A stretch of DNA of 64,000 nt, taken from sequence record LR756502.1; one strand, written 5' to 3'. Position numbers and translations under genes: made by a program. Numbering within the stretch: the first letter of the stretch is position 1; each line of letters opens with the position of its first letter. The notes beneath the pieces were generated by a model. It was given only the letters and a program-made list of their open reading frames with translations. It had not been told where the DNA came from and made no database searches. Positions 44,265 to 55,072 of this stretch are shown here, one piece after another.

Positions 44265-47200
44265 ATGCCGCAGTATAATATTAAGCAAGTAAAGGGAGCT
44301 AGTCAGGGGTCTGTTTTATTTTTGGGTAGTAATGGTAAGGTTGTTGAGAATAATACCAAACTATTTTGGGAAAATACATCAGGGGCTTTATTGATTGGTA
44401 CTAACTCTTTATTTGGATCAGAGAAGTTTAGGGTATTTGGTTCACAAAGGATAGATGGTGATTTAGTTATTACTGGTAGTTTTTCTGTTCTTGGATCAGC
44501 TTCATTTATAAACACTCAGAATTTATTAGTTCAAGATCCAATAATACTATTAGCTGCTACTCAGTCTGGTGCTCCTGTATTAGATTCTGGTTTTTTTATA
44601 AATAGAGGAACTGGAGCTACACAGGGTGTTATATGGGATGAATCTGCTTCAGAGTTTTCTTTTATTCAAACAGATGATGGTGCTTCTGTTATGGGTAATG
44701 TTAATATTACATCATATGCGAAGGTTAGAGCTGGTGGATTAACAGTATCACAATTAAAGATAAGTAGTGGGGCTTCTCCTGGATATGTATTAATGTCAAC
44801 GGATGTTAATGGTCTTGGTGCCTGGGTCACATCATCATCTTTTATAGGACCTAGTATAAACACAGTTATTGCTGGTACTGGAATGTCAGTTGTTAGTGGA
44901 CTAACAGTTGCGACTGTTTCAATAAACAATACGGGCGTTGTTGCTGCACAATATGGTTCAACAAACTCTGTATCACAGGTGACTTTTAACTTACAAGGTC
45001 AAGCGACATCTGCTACTTCAGTTTCAATTGTTCTAAACGCATTATCAAATATAAACAACTTTACAGCATCGGCTATTACATCTGTATTAGCATCTGCTAA
45101 CTTTACAGATACCGCAACGATAGATTTAACTGCAAACAGTTCAACTGTAAATGCTAATATTATTTTTGGATCTATAACTGCTTCACTACTAAATTCAAAT
45201 GGTGGTGTCGGTGGAGCAACGGCTGGATATATGTTAACAGTTGGTTCAACTGGATCATTTTATTGGAAATCACCACTTGCTGTTGTATTAGCGGCTGCTA
45301 ACTTTACAGATACATCAACAATCGATTTAACTGCAAATGGTTCAACTGTAAATGCCGCAATTATTGTTGCTTCTATAACTTCATCATTACTAATGTCAAA
45401 TGGTGGGGCAACCGCTGGTTATGTTTTGAGTGTTGGTTCGACAGGATCCTTCTATTGGATTCCTTCTGGTGGTGGATCTATTACATCGATAGTTGCTGGT
45501 ACTGGTTTAACTGGTGGTGGTTCATCTGGTGTGGTTACAATTGGTGCTAGTGCAACAAATGGATTAAATGTTGATGTTGTTAGTGACTCTGTTGAATTGG
45601 GAGGACCGTTAACTAAAAATACATTAATATCTGCCGGTCTTAGTAATGCATTTACTATGTCTAGTAATGGTGCTACTTTAAATATAGAGGTGGTTACTCA
45701 GGGTAGTTTCCACACATTTTCTCATCAATCTACCAGTACTGGTGCCTTCACTAGAGCAATAACTGGTGGTGGTCCTGGACACGTTCAACAGTTTTTGGTT
45801 GATAATGCCAAGGCATCATTTCAGGTTACAATAGGTACTCAGTCTGGACTTGCTTCGGGATCTGTTTCAAATATAATAATTTATAATACGGATAATGCCG
45901 TTAGTGGATCAGACGCATCTATTAACAATAGAATGTTGGTAACTGATGATGTCTATAAGAAAGGATTGGTATATTCTAATGACTATACTGCGAATTTTAC
46001 AAATAACTCTTTAATAACAAAAGGATGGGTTATAAGTAATGCTATTACAAGTATAATAGCTGGTACTGGTATTGCTGTTAGTGGTGCTACAGTATCAATA
46101 AACAATACTGGTGTTGTTGCATCCACATATGGATCAACAAATTCGGTTCCTTCTGTGACGTTTAACTTACGTGGTCAAGCAATAGCAGCAACTGCTGTAT
46201 CAATTGTCTTAAATGCATTATCAAATATAAACAACTTTACAGCATCTGCCTTAACATCAATATTTCAATCGACAAATTTTATTGATTCTAGTACTGTTGA
46301 TTTTAGTTTATTTGGAGCAACTGCAGTAACTGCTTTTATTGCTCCTTCATCAATAACCGCATCACTTTTAAATAGTGCCGGTGGTATTGGTGGTGCGACC
46401 GCTGGATATGTTTTAAGTGTTGGGTCAACCGGATCATTCTATTGGATACCATCTGGTGGTGGATCTATAACTGGTACAGGTACCGCATCATATTTAACTA
46501 GATGGATAACTTCAACACAAATTGGATCATCTAATATAACTCATGGTGGTACTGGACCAGTTGGTTTTGGTACTGCCTCACCTACTCACATGTTGTCTAT
46601 TGACTTTGACTCAAACTTTCAGGATGGAATCGAGGTTAGAAATAACTCTAATGGGGCTGGCGCAATAACAAATGGTGTGTTTAAGAATAATACTCCCGCA
46701 AGTGCTGGGGTATCAGGAACCTTTATTGATATTGGTATTCTTGGTGGTGGTAATACTGTAAATAGTACAACAGGTGGTCCTAATGATGTTTTTCTTAGAA
46801 CACATAATATTAATAACTTTAATATTATAAATTTCAAACCAACTGCTGCTGAAGCAGCCACTGCCTCATATATATTTAAAGTAGCTACCGGTGCTTCTAT
46901 TGCTGCACCAACCTCTAGTTCTATGATGATGTTGCATAAAGGAACACAATCGGCTACACAATTCTCATTTGCTTTTGGTATTGGTGCTGCAAACTTTGGA
47001 CAAACTGGATACATTGCAAATGGTACAGCATCAGGCGCTGCTAGATTTAGATATGGTGAGTTTTCTGTTAGTAGTGCTAAAGTTAACCAAAGTGCTATTA
47101 ACTCATATGGATCCGCAATATCTTCTATATTGACTGCCGCTGCTGAAACATCTGGTGCGGCCACAAGTACAATGTATCTTGATAGTATCGGTACAACCGG

Positions 47201-47507
47201 ATCTCAGGTTGTTTATGTTCCTCTAGGATCTGGTGTTGGTTATAGAGTTAGTGTGGTTGCTGTTGATGGTACTGCTAGTAGATCATCGTTTCATATTCTT
47301 CAGGGTGTTGTTAGAAGGCCAGCAAATGGTGTTATAGCTTTAGATGGTTCGACAAATACTGCAGTATATAATGGATTTACAAATAGTAGTGTTGCCATAA
47401 CAGCAGACTCTACTGATAATTCTATGAAAATAGCGGTTACTGGTATAGCTGGTTATAATATAAGATGGGTGGCTAGGATAGATTTGGTACAGGTAATTGC
47501 TATATAA
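44265..47507 (+). CDS. Tail fibre protein, 1080 aa
   Basis: GDLVITGSF...TQNLLVQDPII.L fibre motif; repeats shared with 41387..44146. Confidence 0.8.
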   Translation: MPQYNIKQVKGASQGSVLFLGSNGKVVENNTKLFWENTSGALLIGTNSLFGSEKFRVFGSQRIDGDLVITGSFSVLGSASFINTQNLLVQDPIILLAATQSGAPVLDSGFFINRGTGATQGVIWDESASEFSFIQTDDGASVMGNVNITSYAKVRAGGLTVSQLKISSGASPGYVLMSTDVNGLGAWVTSSSFIGPSINTVIAGTGMSVVSGLTVATVSINNTGVVAAQYGSTNSVSQVTFNLQGQATSATSVSIVLNALSNINNFTASAITSVLASANFTDTATIDLTANSSTVNANIIFGSITASLLNSNGGVGGATAGYMLTVGSTGSFYWKSPLAVVLAAANFTDTSTIDLTANGSTVNAAIIVASITSSLLMSNGGATAGYVLSVGSTGSFYWIPSGGGSITSIVAGTGLTGGGSSGVVTIGASATNGLNVDVVSDSVELGGPLTKNTLISAGLSNAFTMSSNGATLNIEVVTQGSFHTFSHQSTSTGAFTRAITGGGPGHVQQFLVDNAKASFQVTIGTQSGLASGSVSNIIIYNTDNAVSGSDASINNRMLVTDDVYKKGLVYSNDYTANFTNNSLITKGWVISNAITSIIAGTGIAVSGATVSINNTGVVASTYGSTNSVPSVTFNLRGQAIAATAVSIVLNALSNINNFTASALTSIFQSTNFIDSSTVDFSLFGATAVTAFIAPSSITASLLNSAGGIGGATAGYVLSVGSTGSFYWIPSGGGSITGTGTASYLTRWITSTQIGSSNITHGGTGPVGFGTASPTHMLSIDFDSNFQDGIEVRNNSNGAGAITNGVFKNNTPASAGVSGTFIDIGILGGGNTVNSTTGGPNDVFLRTHNINNFNIINFKPTAAEAATASYIFKVATGASIAAPTSSSMMMLHKGTQSATQFSFAFGIGAANFGQTGYIANGTASGAARFRYGEFSVSSAKVNQSAINSYGSAISSILTAAAETSGAATSTMYLDSIGTTGSQVVYVPLGSGVGYRVSVVAVDGTASRSSFHILQGVVRRPANGVIALDGSTNTAVYNGFTNSSVAITADSTDNSMKIAVTGIAGYNIRWVARIDLVQVIAI

Positions 47508-47533
47508 ATATATAAAAAAATTAATAAAAAGAA

Positions 47534-49069
47534 ATGCCGGTTGTATTTGGAATTGGATCAACAAGTAGTGAATCACCAAATTTATTGGGTGGTTTATCTA
47601 CTATATTGGGTGGTATTGATGTATCTTTTACTAATGGATATATTGGTAGATGGACAGTTGATGCGTATAGTGGTAGTAATACCGGTATAGCTAGATATAT
47701 TGACCTAAATCCTGATGAATTTACTGGAGCTAATAAAAGCTATCTAAAGCTTTCCAATACTAATGGGAATAGCTTAATAACTATTAGTCCTAATATACTA
47801 ACAGTTACTGCTAGTTATATAGATATGTACTCATCTGGTAGTATGTCTATATCATCTAATTTATATTTCCATCCATCTACTGGTAAGAGTGGTGGTAGCT
47901 ACTTTGGTAGTGATGGGTTTGGTACTGTATTTGCTGGGTCACAATATATGTTTTTTAATCAATCAGCTTCTACATATTTCACAGGAGGTATTGTCGCTCG
48001 AGGTGGTATTAGTCAGGACCAGGCTGCTTATCTTACCTTGACTGGTGGGTCCTTATCCGATACCTATGTAGTAGGTAACTTAGGTATTGGTGTTGTTCCA
48101 TCTGCTTCGTTTAGATTAAATATATTGGGTGGTGGTATAAATTTACAACACTCTGGTACATTTACAAATGAATTTAAATCTAGCTCTGGTGGTACTAATA
48201 TAGTTACTTTTGATTTATCAAACGTTTCATCCGAGGATTATCAATTAAGAATGGCTGTAAATGGTTCCGAGGGATATTTAGAAGCAAGTACTGGAGCTAC
48301 ACAAACCTATGGATTGGCACTTACATCACCTAGGTATGTTAGGATTGGACCATCTGATAATATATACATAAATAGCTCCGGTAACGTGGCTATGGGTAGT
48401 AGTTTTACTAATAGTAATGCCAAGCTACATATAAGAGGTACCTCGATAGTACAGAACGACTTTGCTCTTAAGGTAGCTGACTCTGGTCAAGGTCCATTAC
48501 TATCAGTTAGAAATGATGGGGTTGTTCTATTCGCAACAAGTTCCGCTGGATCTGGTCTTCAAATAACACCTGTTGTTGATTCAGCTACTAATACAATGAA
48601 GGCAACTTCATATCAGGCTGCTGTACATGGTACATTTAGTGATAATGCTGGTGGTAGATTTTTTCAAATAACTGGTATTAACTTACTTCCATCATCCATC
48701 TCATGCACTGTTGATTGTATGGTGTCTGCTTTGGCTGGAGCGACCGCTGGTGGTCTTACTGCATCTACAAGGTTTATACATTTTAATGTTGTTAGAAATA
48801 GAGGAACTGTTTTAGCTGGATCCGCTAGTGTTACCGTTTTGTCAACAGGAGGTACTAATAGCACATCTCCCGCATCTTTAGATATAAATACAATAACAGT
48901 TCAGGCTGTTAGTGCATCAACATCACTCACTGTCAATCTGGTTATTGATATAGTTGGTACCCTAGCCGTTCCAGCGGCTGGTACAATATTAACAGCGACC
49001 GGTGTTGTTAGGATACATGGTAAAGGTATTGGTGTTTCTAATAACCTTGCTATAGTTTCTGGATTATAA
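47534..49069 (+). CDS. Tail fibre / receptor-binding protein, paralogue A
   Basis: GNLGIG and GNVAMG..P/N..KLHI fibre motifs; high similarity to the next gene. Confidence 0.7.
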   Translation: MPVVFGIGSTSSESPNLLGGLSTILGGIDVSFTNGYIGRWTVDAYSGSNTGIARYIDLNPDEFTGANKSYLKLSNTNGNSLITISPNILTVTASYIDMYSSGSMSISSNLYFHPSTGKSGGSYFGSDGFGTVFAGSQYMFFNQSASTYFTGGIVARGGISQDQAAYLTLTGGSLSDTYVVGNLGIGVVPSASFRLNILGGGINLQHSGTFTNEFKSSSGGTNIVTFDLSNVSSEDYQLRMAVNGSEGYLEASTGATQTYGLALTSPRYVRIGPSDNIYINSSGNVAMGSSFTNSNAKLHIRGTSIVQNDFALKVADSGQGPLLSVRNDGVVLFATSSAGSGLQITPVVDSATNTMKATSYQAAVHGTFSDNAGGRFFQITGINLLPSSISCTVDCMVSALAGATAGGLTASTRFIHFNVVRNRGTVLAGSASVTVLSTGGTNSTSPASLDINTITVQAVSASTSLTVNLVIDIVGTLAVPAAGTILTATGVVRIHGKGIGVSNNLAIVSGL

Positions 49070-49086
49070 AAAAATAATAAAATAGA

Positions 49087-50712
49087 ATGCCACTTGTATT
49101 TACCGAAGGGTCAACAAGCAGTTATTACCCGAACCTACTTGGTGGATTTTCCACTGTATTAGGAGCTACGCTTAGTGATAATACTACCGGGTATTTTGGT
49201 AATTGGTCTGTTGATGCTCACGGTCGTACCGACGGAACATTAAGGAGATTTTTACAGTTAAATGGTGATAATACTGGTGGGTCAAATTCACCCACCTCTA
49301 GTTATATTAAATTTCTTAATGAAAATGGTACTAGTTTTCTGAGATTAAATCCTAATGTAATAACAGCTTCCTCTAGCTATACTGATATTTATGGATCTAG
49401 TATGTCTATTACTGTCCCATCAGGAACTAGTGTAGGAGGACTTTATTTTGGTAGATTTATTGGGTCTTCTTTTAAGGCTGATTCAGTTGCTGGTGTTATG
49501 TATTATGGTGCCGCTTATATGTTTTTTAATAATGATGCATTAGGTGACCCTGCGGTATCTACATATTTTACTAATGCAATTGTCGCCCGAGGTGGTATTC
49601 TTCAGGACGGGGCTACCTATCTTACCTTGACCGGTGGTACTAATCAAGATACTTATGTAGTTGGTAACTTAGGAATTGGTATAACTCCAAGTTCATTATG
49701 GCGCTTAAATATATTGGGTGGTGGTATAAATTTAGAAAGCACTGGCACATTTACAAATGAATTTAAATCTAGCTCTGGTGGTACTAATATAGTCACCATC
49801 GACCTATCAAACGTTACGAGTGAGGATAACCAATTAAGACTTTCTGTTGGTGCTCCTTCTGGTGTTGGATTTGGAACTGAAGCAGGATTGGCAGCTGCAA
49901 CTGGGGCTACACAAACCTATGGATTGGCACTTACATCACCTAGGCATGTTAGGATTGGTACAAGTACTGATAATATATACATAAATAGCTCCGGTAACGT
50001 GGCTATGGGTAGTGGTTTTACTAATAGTGAGTCCAAGTTGCATATAAGAGGTACCTCGATAGCTAATACAGACTTTGCTCTTAGGGTGGATAACTTCGGA
50101 TCCGGTGGTGGTCCAATATTATCGGTTAGAAATGATGGGGCTGTTTTATTCGCAACAAGCTCTAATACAAATATATTTAGTGCAATAACACCAGTTGTTG
50201 ATGCCGCCGCTGGTAGTGGTACTCATATAGTAACTACATATCAAGGATGTATTCATGGAACATTTAGTGATAATATTGGTGGTAAGCTTTGTATTATAAC
50301 TCTTCCTAGTAATACAAGTCCTGCATCATTATCTGCTAAGTTTGATTGTATGGTATCCGCAATTGCTGGATTTACCGCTGGTGGTCAAACATGTTCCACG
50401 AGGTTTATATCCTTTGTTGTCTCTAGATCTAGAGCTACTAGTGTTAATGGTACTTGTTCGGTTACTACATTGACAACCGGTGGTACTAATAGTGTGGCTC
50501 CAGCTTACTTAGATATAAGTACGATAGTTCCTTCGGCTAAAAGCTTACAAGCATCTCTTACAGTTAATTTGGTAGTTGATATAACCGGAACAGGTGCTCC
50601 AGCAAATATGGGTACAATATTATCAGTGACATCCAATGTTACTGTCTTGGCTAAAGGATATGGACTTTCCGATAATATAACTATTCAAGGTGGTGAGTGG
50701 TGGACGCCTTAA
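49087..50712 (+). CDS. Tail fibre / receptor-binding protein, paralogue B
   Basis: Tandem duplicate of 47534..49069 with diverged ends. Confidence 0.7.
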   Translation: MPLVFTEGSTSSYYPNLLGGFSTVLGATLSDNTTGYFGNWSVDAHGRTDGTLRRFLQLNGDNTGGSNSPTSSYIKFLNENGTSFLRLNPNVITASSSYTDIYGSSMSITVPSGTSVGGLYFGRFIGSSFKADSVAGVMYYGAAYMFFNNDALGDPAVSTYFTNAIVARGGILQDGATYLTLTGGTNQDTYVVGNLGIGITPSSLWRLNILGGGINLESTGTFTNEFKSSSGGTNIVTIDLSNVTSEDNQLRLSVGAPSGVGFGTEAGLAAATGATQTYGLALTSPRHVRIGTSTDNIYINSSGNVAMGSGFTNSESKLHIRGTSIANTDFALRVDNFGSGGGPILSVRNDGAVLFATSSNTNIFSAITPVVDAAAGSGTHIVTTYQGCIHGTFSDNIGGKLCIITLPSNTSPASLSAKFDCMVSAIAGFTAGGQTCSTRFISFVVSRSRATSVNGTCSVTTLTTGGTNSVAPAYLDISTIVPSAKSLQASLTVNLVVDITGTGAPANMGTILSVTSNVTVLAKGYGLSDNITIQGGEWWTP

Positions 50713-50976
50713 CTACTTTGATAAAATAGTATCTATGTTTTCTTTTGAAAATCCTTCTAATGGAGAACCTCCCGATTTAAGATAGTTTTGGTATAAATCT
50801 TGATACATATCAACCGTATAGAATTTATCATCCAAATCAGAGTATATTATATTTGTATGTCTATCAGAAATAGTTTTATTTTGAGTTCTAGTTTCTCCAT
50901 AAGCCGGTCCAACTGGTCCAACCAATTCGGTTCCTGAAACTTCCTCATTAAATGATTTGAATGATTTAATTGCCAT
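50713..50976 (-). CDS. Small protein with CTS-like N-terminus
   Basis: ATG 50976: MAIKSFKSFNEE. Confidence 0.75.
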   Translation of the reverse strand: MAIKSFKSFNEEVSGTELVGPVGPAYGETRTQNKTISDRHTNIIYSDLDDKFYTVDMYQDLYQNYLKSGGSPLEGFSKENIDTILSK

Positions 50977-51433
50977 TTTTAATTGGGATCTTTTCATAAT
51001 ATTCGTCCTGAGCCTCCAAAGAGTACTCATCCTTTTTGCTATTGTAGATTATATTATATAAGAACTTATCATGTAACTCATGAGTTTCTCCATTTTTAAG
51101 AGTCATTACACAAGTTTCATTCTCGAAGTCATTTTCAATTCCACTTATCTTTGTTGAAATTTTACCATCCTTATCATATAGGTCACATATAACACTTTTA
51201 CCCTTTTCTAATAGGTTTTTAATTTTGTTAAATGTTGTGTTTTTTGATAAATACATATAGTCATTCATATCTTCCTCAGAAGTTGAATTATATAAGTCCA
51301 AGAAATTTTTCTCCTTATCCTCTAAGTTTTTCTTTTTAGAAACCTTATCAAGAATCCTATTTAGTTCCATCTCTTTAACAGACTCACCTAGTAGGTAGTG
51401 CTTTATGAATTTTTTGAATCCCATAATTTCCAT
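50966..51433 (-). CDS. Hypothetical protein with DUF6576-like motif
   Basis: MGFKKFIKHYLLGE; ELNRILDKVSKKKNLEDKEKNFL. Confidence 0.75.
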   Translation of the reverse strand: MEIMGFKKFIKHYLLGESVKEMELNRILDKVSKKKNLEDKEKNFLDLYNSTSEEDMNDYMYLSKNTTFNKIKNLLEKGKSVICDLYDKDGKISTKISGIENDFENETCVMTLKNGETHELHDKFLYNIIYNSKKDEYSLEAQDEYYEKIPIKNGN

Positions 51434-51456
51434 TTTTTTGTTCTTATTTCTTATAG

Positions 51457-51465
51457 TATATATTA
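51457..51465 (-). promoter_or_regulatory. Putative late promoter TAATATATA
   Basis: Exact motif upstream of ATG 51433. Confidence 0.65.
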
Positions 51466-51556
51466 AGAAGTTTAATCTATTTTATATATAGTATTGTTGT
51501 ATTTATATTTCTAAACAGATAATAAGTTTTAATGAGTAAAATTTACAGTAAAGTTA

Positions 51557-54544
51557 ATGGATAAGAAGCTTTTGGATAGTTTGAATAATTTATCAGTTGC
51601 TCTTGAGGCAATTGGACAAGCTCTTGCTTCAAAAAAAGAGCCAACTGCACCAAGTGCACAGGCATTAAAAAGTGGTAATTTTATAGAGCAAATAACACAA
51701 ATCAACAAAGGTGTTAAATCATTAAAGAAAGATACTGAGAAAATTTTGGCTAACCAACAAACAATTTTAGCTATGTCTAAAAAAGGTGATAAGAAAGCCG
51801 AGGCAGCAGAAGGTATAGGTAAAGATAAGGAGAAACAGAAATCAATTAAAGATGGGTTGGGTGTGATTATGTTAATGGCTGTTGCTATATTGGCGTTGGG
51901 GTTAGCATTTAAAATAGTTGGTAGTGTTAACTTTCTATCGGTTATAGCTATATCAACCGCTATATTACTATTATCAATTGCCTTTGCTAATGTTCAGAAG
52001 GTTTTGAAGAAGGTTGGATTTACTCCGAAGGATGGAATAAACTTTGTATTGGCTGTTGTGTCAATGTCAATTGGTGTTGCTGCTTCCTCTTGGATACTAT
52101 CAACTGTTAAGCCAATTGGATTGGCTCAATTATTTACAACAATATTTATATCTGCTGCATTTGCTGCTGTTGCTTTTGGTATGAATAAAATGTTGGAAGC
52201 TTTCAAAGGAAAGAATCCAAAAGATATAGCATTGGCAACATTAAGTCTACCAATAATATTACCAGCAATCGCTTTGGGTATCGCTTTATCATCATATGCT
52301 TTGCAACTTGTTAAACCAATTGGATTGGCTCAATTATTTACAACATTATTTATATCTGCTGCATTTGCTGTGGTTGCTTATGGTATGAATAAGATGTTAG
52401 CCGCTTTTAAAGGAAAGAATCCAAAAGAAATAGCACTAGCAACATTAAGTCTACCAATAATATTACCGGCAATCGCTTTGGGTATCGCTTTATCATCATA
52501 TGCTTTGCAACTTGTTAAACCAATCGGACTGGCTCAATTTTTCACAACATTATTTATAGCATTCGCATTTACTGTGATAGCATTCTCGTTAAGCACAATG
52601 ATGAAGGCCTTTGGTGGTAAAAGCATGAAGGAAATAGCCACACTTGCTCTTGGATTGGTAATTGTATTACCCGCAATTGCATTGGCTATAATGATATCAT
52701 CACATATATTAAGTCTATCAAAACCAATTGAGACCGCATTACTAGTAAAAATGTTAGCACTTGGTGTTGTTTTGGCTGGTATAGTTTTAGTTTTATCTCC
52801 AGCTTTGGTTATTCTTAAAAAAGTTGGAATAGGTACTTTATTGATGGGTGGTTTGGCATTGGTTATAGTCGCTGCAGCAATTGCCGCATCATCTTGGGTA
52901 TTATCTTTTGGTAATTATAGTAAATATCCACCACTTGCTTGGGTAACTAGTGTTTCTATAGCAATGGTTGTATTTGGATTGGGTATGGCTGCTCTCGGTG
53001 TGTTAGGTCCAATTGGTTTAGCTCAAATGTTATTTGGTGGTATCGCTGTTTTGATGGTAGCTGGTGCTATCGTTGGAGCTTCTTATATATTGGGTACTGG
53101 TAAGTATGATAAATACCCTTCATATGACTGGGCTGCTGGAGTTGGTCTTGTTATGACCGTTTTTGGATCATCAATGTTGGTCTTGGGTTCATTTATACTT
53201 GGTACTCTTGGTCTTGGTGGTTTGGCTTTAATAGCTGGTGCTGGTGCTGTACTTCTTATAGCTGATACTATTGTACAGTCTGCTGATATTTTCAGAAGAG
53301 GTAACTTTACAGGTGGTCCAAAGAAAGAATGGGCCGAAGGTGTTTCACTTGCTATTGGTGCATTTGCTCCTGTTTATGGAATGCTTATGAGTCAAAATAT
53401 TATGTCAACCTTATTTGGTGGTGGTGTTAGTCCAGATAAGTTTGCTCAAGCAATAAGAACGATATCAATGGGTATAGTTGATGCTGCTAACTTCTTTAAT
53501 GGTCCAGAGGCCAAAGTTGCATTTGAAGGTGGTCCATCTAAGAGATGGGCTGAGGGAGTAGGTTTAGCAATTGGTGCCTTTGCTCCTGTTTATCAAGTAC
53601 TTGCTGCAAGTAGTGGTTGGTTCAGTAGTGGTCCTTCTGTTGATGATATGAGAAAGGCTATAATGACTATATCTCAGGGTATAGTTGATGCTGCTAATTT
53701 CTTTGGAAAAAATACGGCATCTTTTGATGTGTCAAAAGTTCCTTCAAAAAAATGGGGTGAGAATGTGGGTGCTGCTATCTCAGCATTTTCTCCAGTTTTT
53801 AAACAAATGTCTGATGATTCTGGTTGGTTTACCTCTGGTGATAAAGTTGTTGCTAGTATGGGTAAGGCTATACTAATAACCGCTAATTCAATAGCTGGTG
53901 TTTCACTTCTATTAGCTAAAGGTGACTATACCAAAACAATACCAGTTGCTTGGATGAAAAATGCTACATTATCTTTGATGCAGTTTTCTTTATTATCAAA
54001 GATAATGAGTGGTCCTGATACCGGATTGGCTGGTATTGTAAATAGTTTAACTGGTAAGATGGATCCAATGTCAAAAGCAGCTGATGGTATAGCTAAACTA
54101 TCTATTGCTTATAGTAAGTTAGCTAACTCGCTTGGTAAATTCAGTGGTGTTATAAGTACAATTGATGTTGAGAAATTGTCAGCATTTAGATCCTTAACCG
54201 GAAACTTGGCTTTGTTATCATTGATGGATGCTGAGATGTTTAGTTCTATGTTGGATAAATTAGAGGAAAAGGCTGGCACATTTACTGATATAGTTAAAGA
54301 ATTTGAAAAACAACAAGCCGCTACTCCTGGTGCTGTTGTTGGTAAAAAACCTGGGGGTGGAGCTGTTGCTGCTGGTAAAAAGAGCGATTCTGATATACTT
54401 GGTGAGAAGCTTGATAGAATTGCAGCAAGTCTATCTGATATACAGACTGTTGTTGGATCAAATGGTACATTAAAATCTTATATGGATTCACTTGGTAAAG
54501 AAGCTAACATCGGTGGTAATTCACATGCTCCAGGATATCGTTAA
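51557..54544 (+). CDS. Tape-measure-like protein, 995 aa
   Basis: Long Ala/Gly/Leu-rich amphipathic and hydrophobic helical repeats with coiled-coil ends. Confidence 0.6.
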   Translation: MDKKLLDSLNNLSVALEAIGQALASKKEPTAPSAQALKSGNFIEQITQINKGVKSLKKDTEKILANQQTILAMSKKGDKKAEAAEGIGKDKEKQKSIKDGLGVIMLMAVAILALGLAFKIVGSVNFLSVIAISTAILLLSIAFANVQKVLKKVGFTPKDGINFVLAVVSMSIGVAASSWILSTVKPIGLAQLFTTIFISAAFAAVAFGMNKMLEAFKGKNPKDIALATLSLPIILPAIALGIALSSYALQLVKPIGLAQLFTTLFISAAFAVVAYGMNKMLAAFKGKNPKEIALATLSLPIILPAIALGIALSSYALQLVKPIGLAQFFTTLFIAFAFTVIAFSLSTMMKAFGGKSMKEIATLALGLVIVLPAIALAIMISSHILSLSKPIETALLVKMLALGVVLAGIVLVLSPALVILKKVGIGTLLMGGLALVIVAAAIAASSWVLSFGNYSKYPPLAWVTSVSIAMVVFGLGMAALGVLGPIGLAQMLFGGIAVLMVAGAIVGASYILGTGKYDKYPSYDWAAGVGLVMTVFGSSMLVLGSFILGTLGLGGLALIAGAGAVLLIADTIVQSADIFRRGNFTGGPKKEWAEGVSLAIGAFAPVYGMLMSQNIMSTLFGGGVSPDKFAQAIRTISMGIVDAANFFNGPEAKVAFEGGPSKRWAEGVGLAIGAFAPVYQVLAASSGWFSSGPSVDDMRKAIMTISQGIVDAANFFGKNTASFDVSKVPSKKWGENVGAAISAFSPVFKQMSDDSGWFTSGDKVVASMGKAILITANSIAGVSLLLAKGDYTKTIPVAWMKNATLSLMQFSLLSKIMSGPDTGLAGIVNSLTGKMDPMSKAADGIAKLSIAYSKLANSLGKFSGVISTIDVEKLSAFRSLTGNLALLSLMDAEMFSSMLDKLEEKAGTFTDIVKEFEKQQAATPGAVVGKKPGGGAVAAGKKSDSDILGEKLDRIAASLSDIQTVVGSNGTLKSYMDSLGKEANIGGNSHAPGYR
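52107..52720 (+). repeat. Three 204-nt (68-aa) tandem repeats
   Basis: VKPIGLAQ.FTT.FI units at ~52107, 52311 and 52515; the first two are nearly identical. Confidence 0.9.
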
Positions 54545-54581
54545 TTAAATAAACTTTATTATAATTTTAAATATAATTGAT

Positions 54582-55022
54582 ATGAAAAGGTTATCATTAT
54601 TTAAGCGACTTTCGTTATATAGACTATATAAGAGAGTAATAAGAGCTAACTCATCTGAGTTAGACCAAAGATTTGGTCTGAGAAAAGATAGAGCTAATCG
54701 CCTATATACAGTATTAAATATACCATCCGAAAATGTCGGAGAGGCTTATAATATTAAGAAATCTGATATAGATAAAATTGCTGAAGGATATATAAAGGAA
54801 TTTTCAGTAGAGGTCGCAAAGTATTTAGACTCTAAAGGATTGAAAGAGATATATGATCTGTATGAAGTTAAAAAAGTAGACAAATACTCATATCTAGTAG
54901 TTATAGGTCCACATAAAGATAGAGTATTAGATTCCTCATTATATAATAAAAGAATCTATTATAGAGCTATTCCAATTTCTATTATTGTGTTAATAGTTAT
55001 CTCTTTAATTTTATTTCTTTAA
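54582..55022 (+). CDS. Hypothetical protein with C-terminal TM anchor
   Basis: 146 aa; ends AIPISIIVLIVISLILFL. Confidence 0.75.
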   Translation: MKRLSLFKRLSLYRLYKRVIRANSSELDQRFGLRKDRANRLYTVLNIPSENVGEAYNIKKSDIDKIAEGYIKEFSVEVAKYLDSKGLKEIYDLYEVKKVDKYSYLVVIGPHKDRVLDSSLYNKRIYYRAIPISIIVLIVISLILFL

Positions 55023-55072
55023 ACTTTTTAACCTTTTTCCTTATAAATTAAAAACCAATAAATTAAATAAAT

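Noticed and set aside
41387-50712. Diversity-generating retroelement (TR/VR) among the fibre repeats
   Set aside because: No reverse transcriptase in the window; all repeat copies are coding, and differences in the paralogue pair I compared are not confined to adenines
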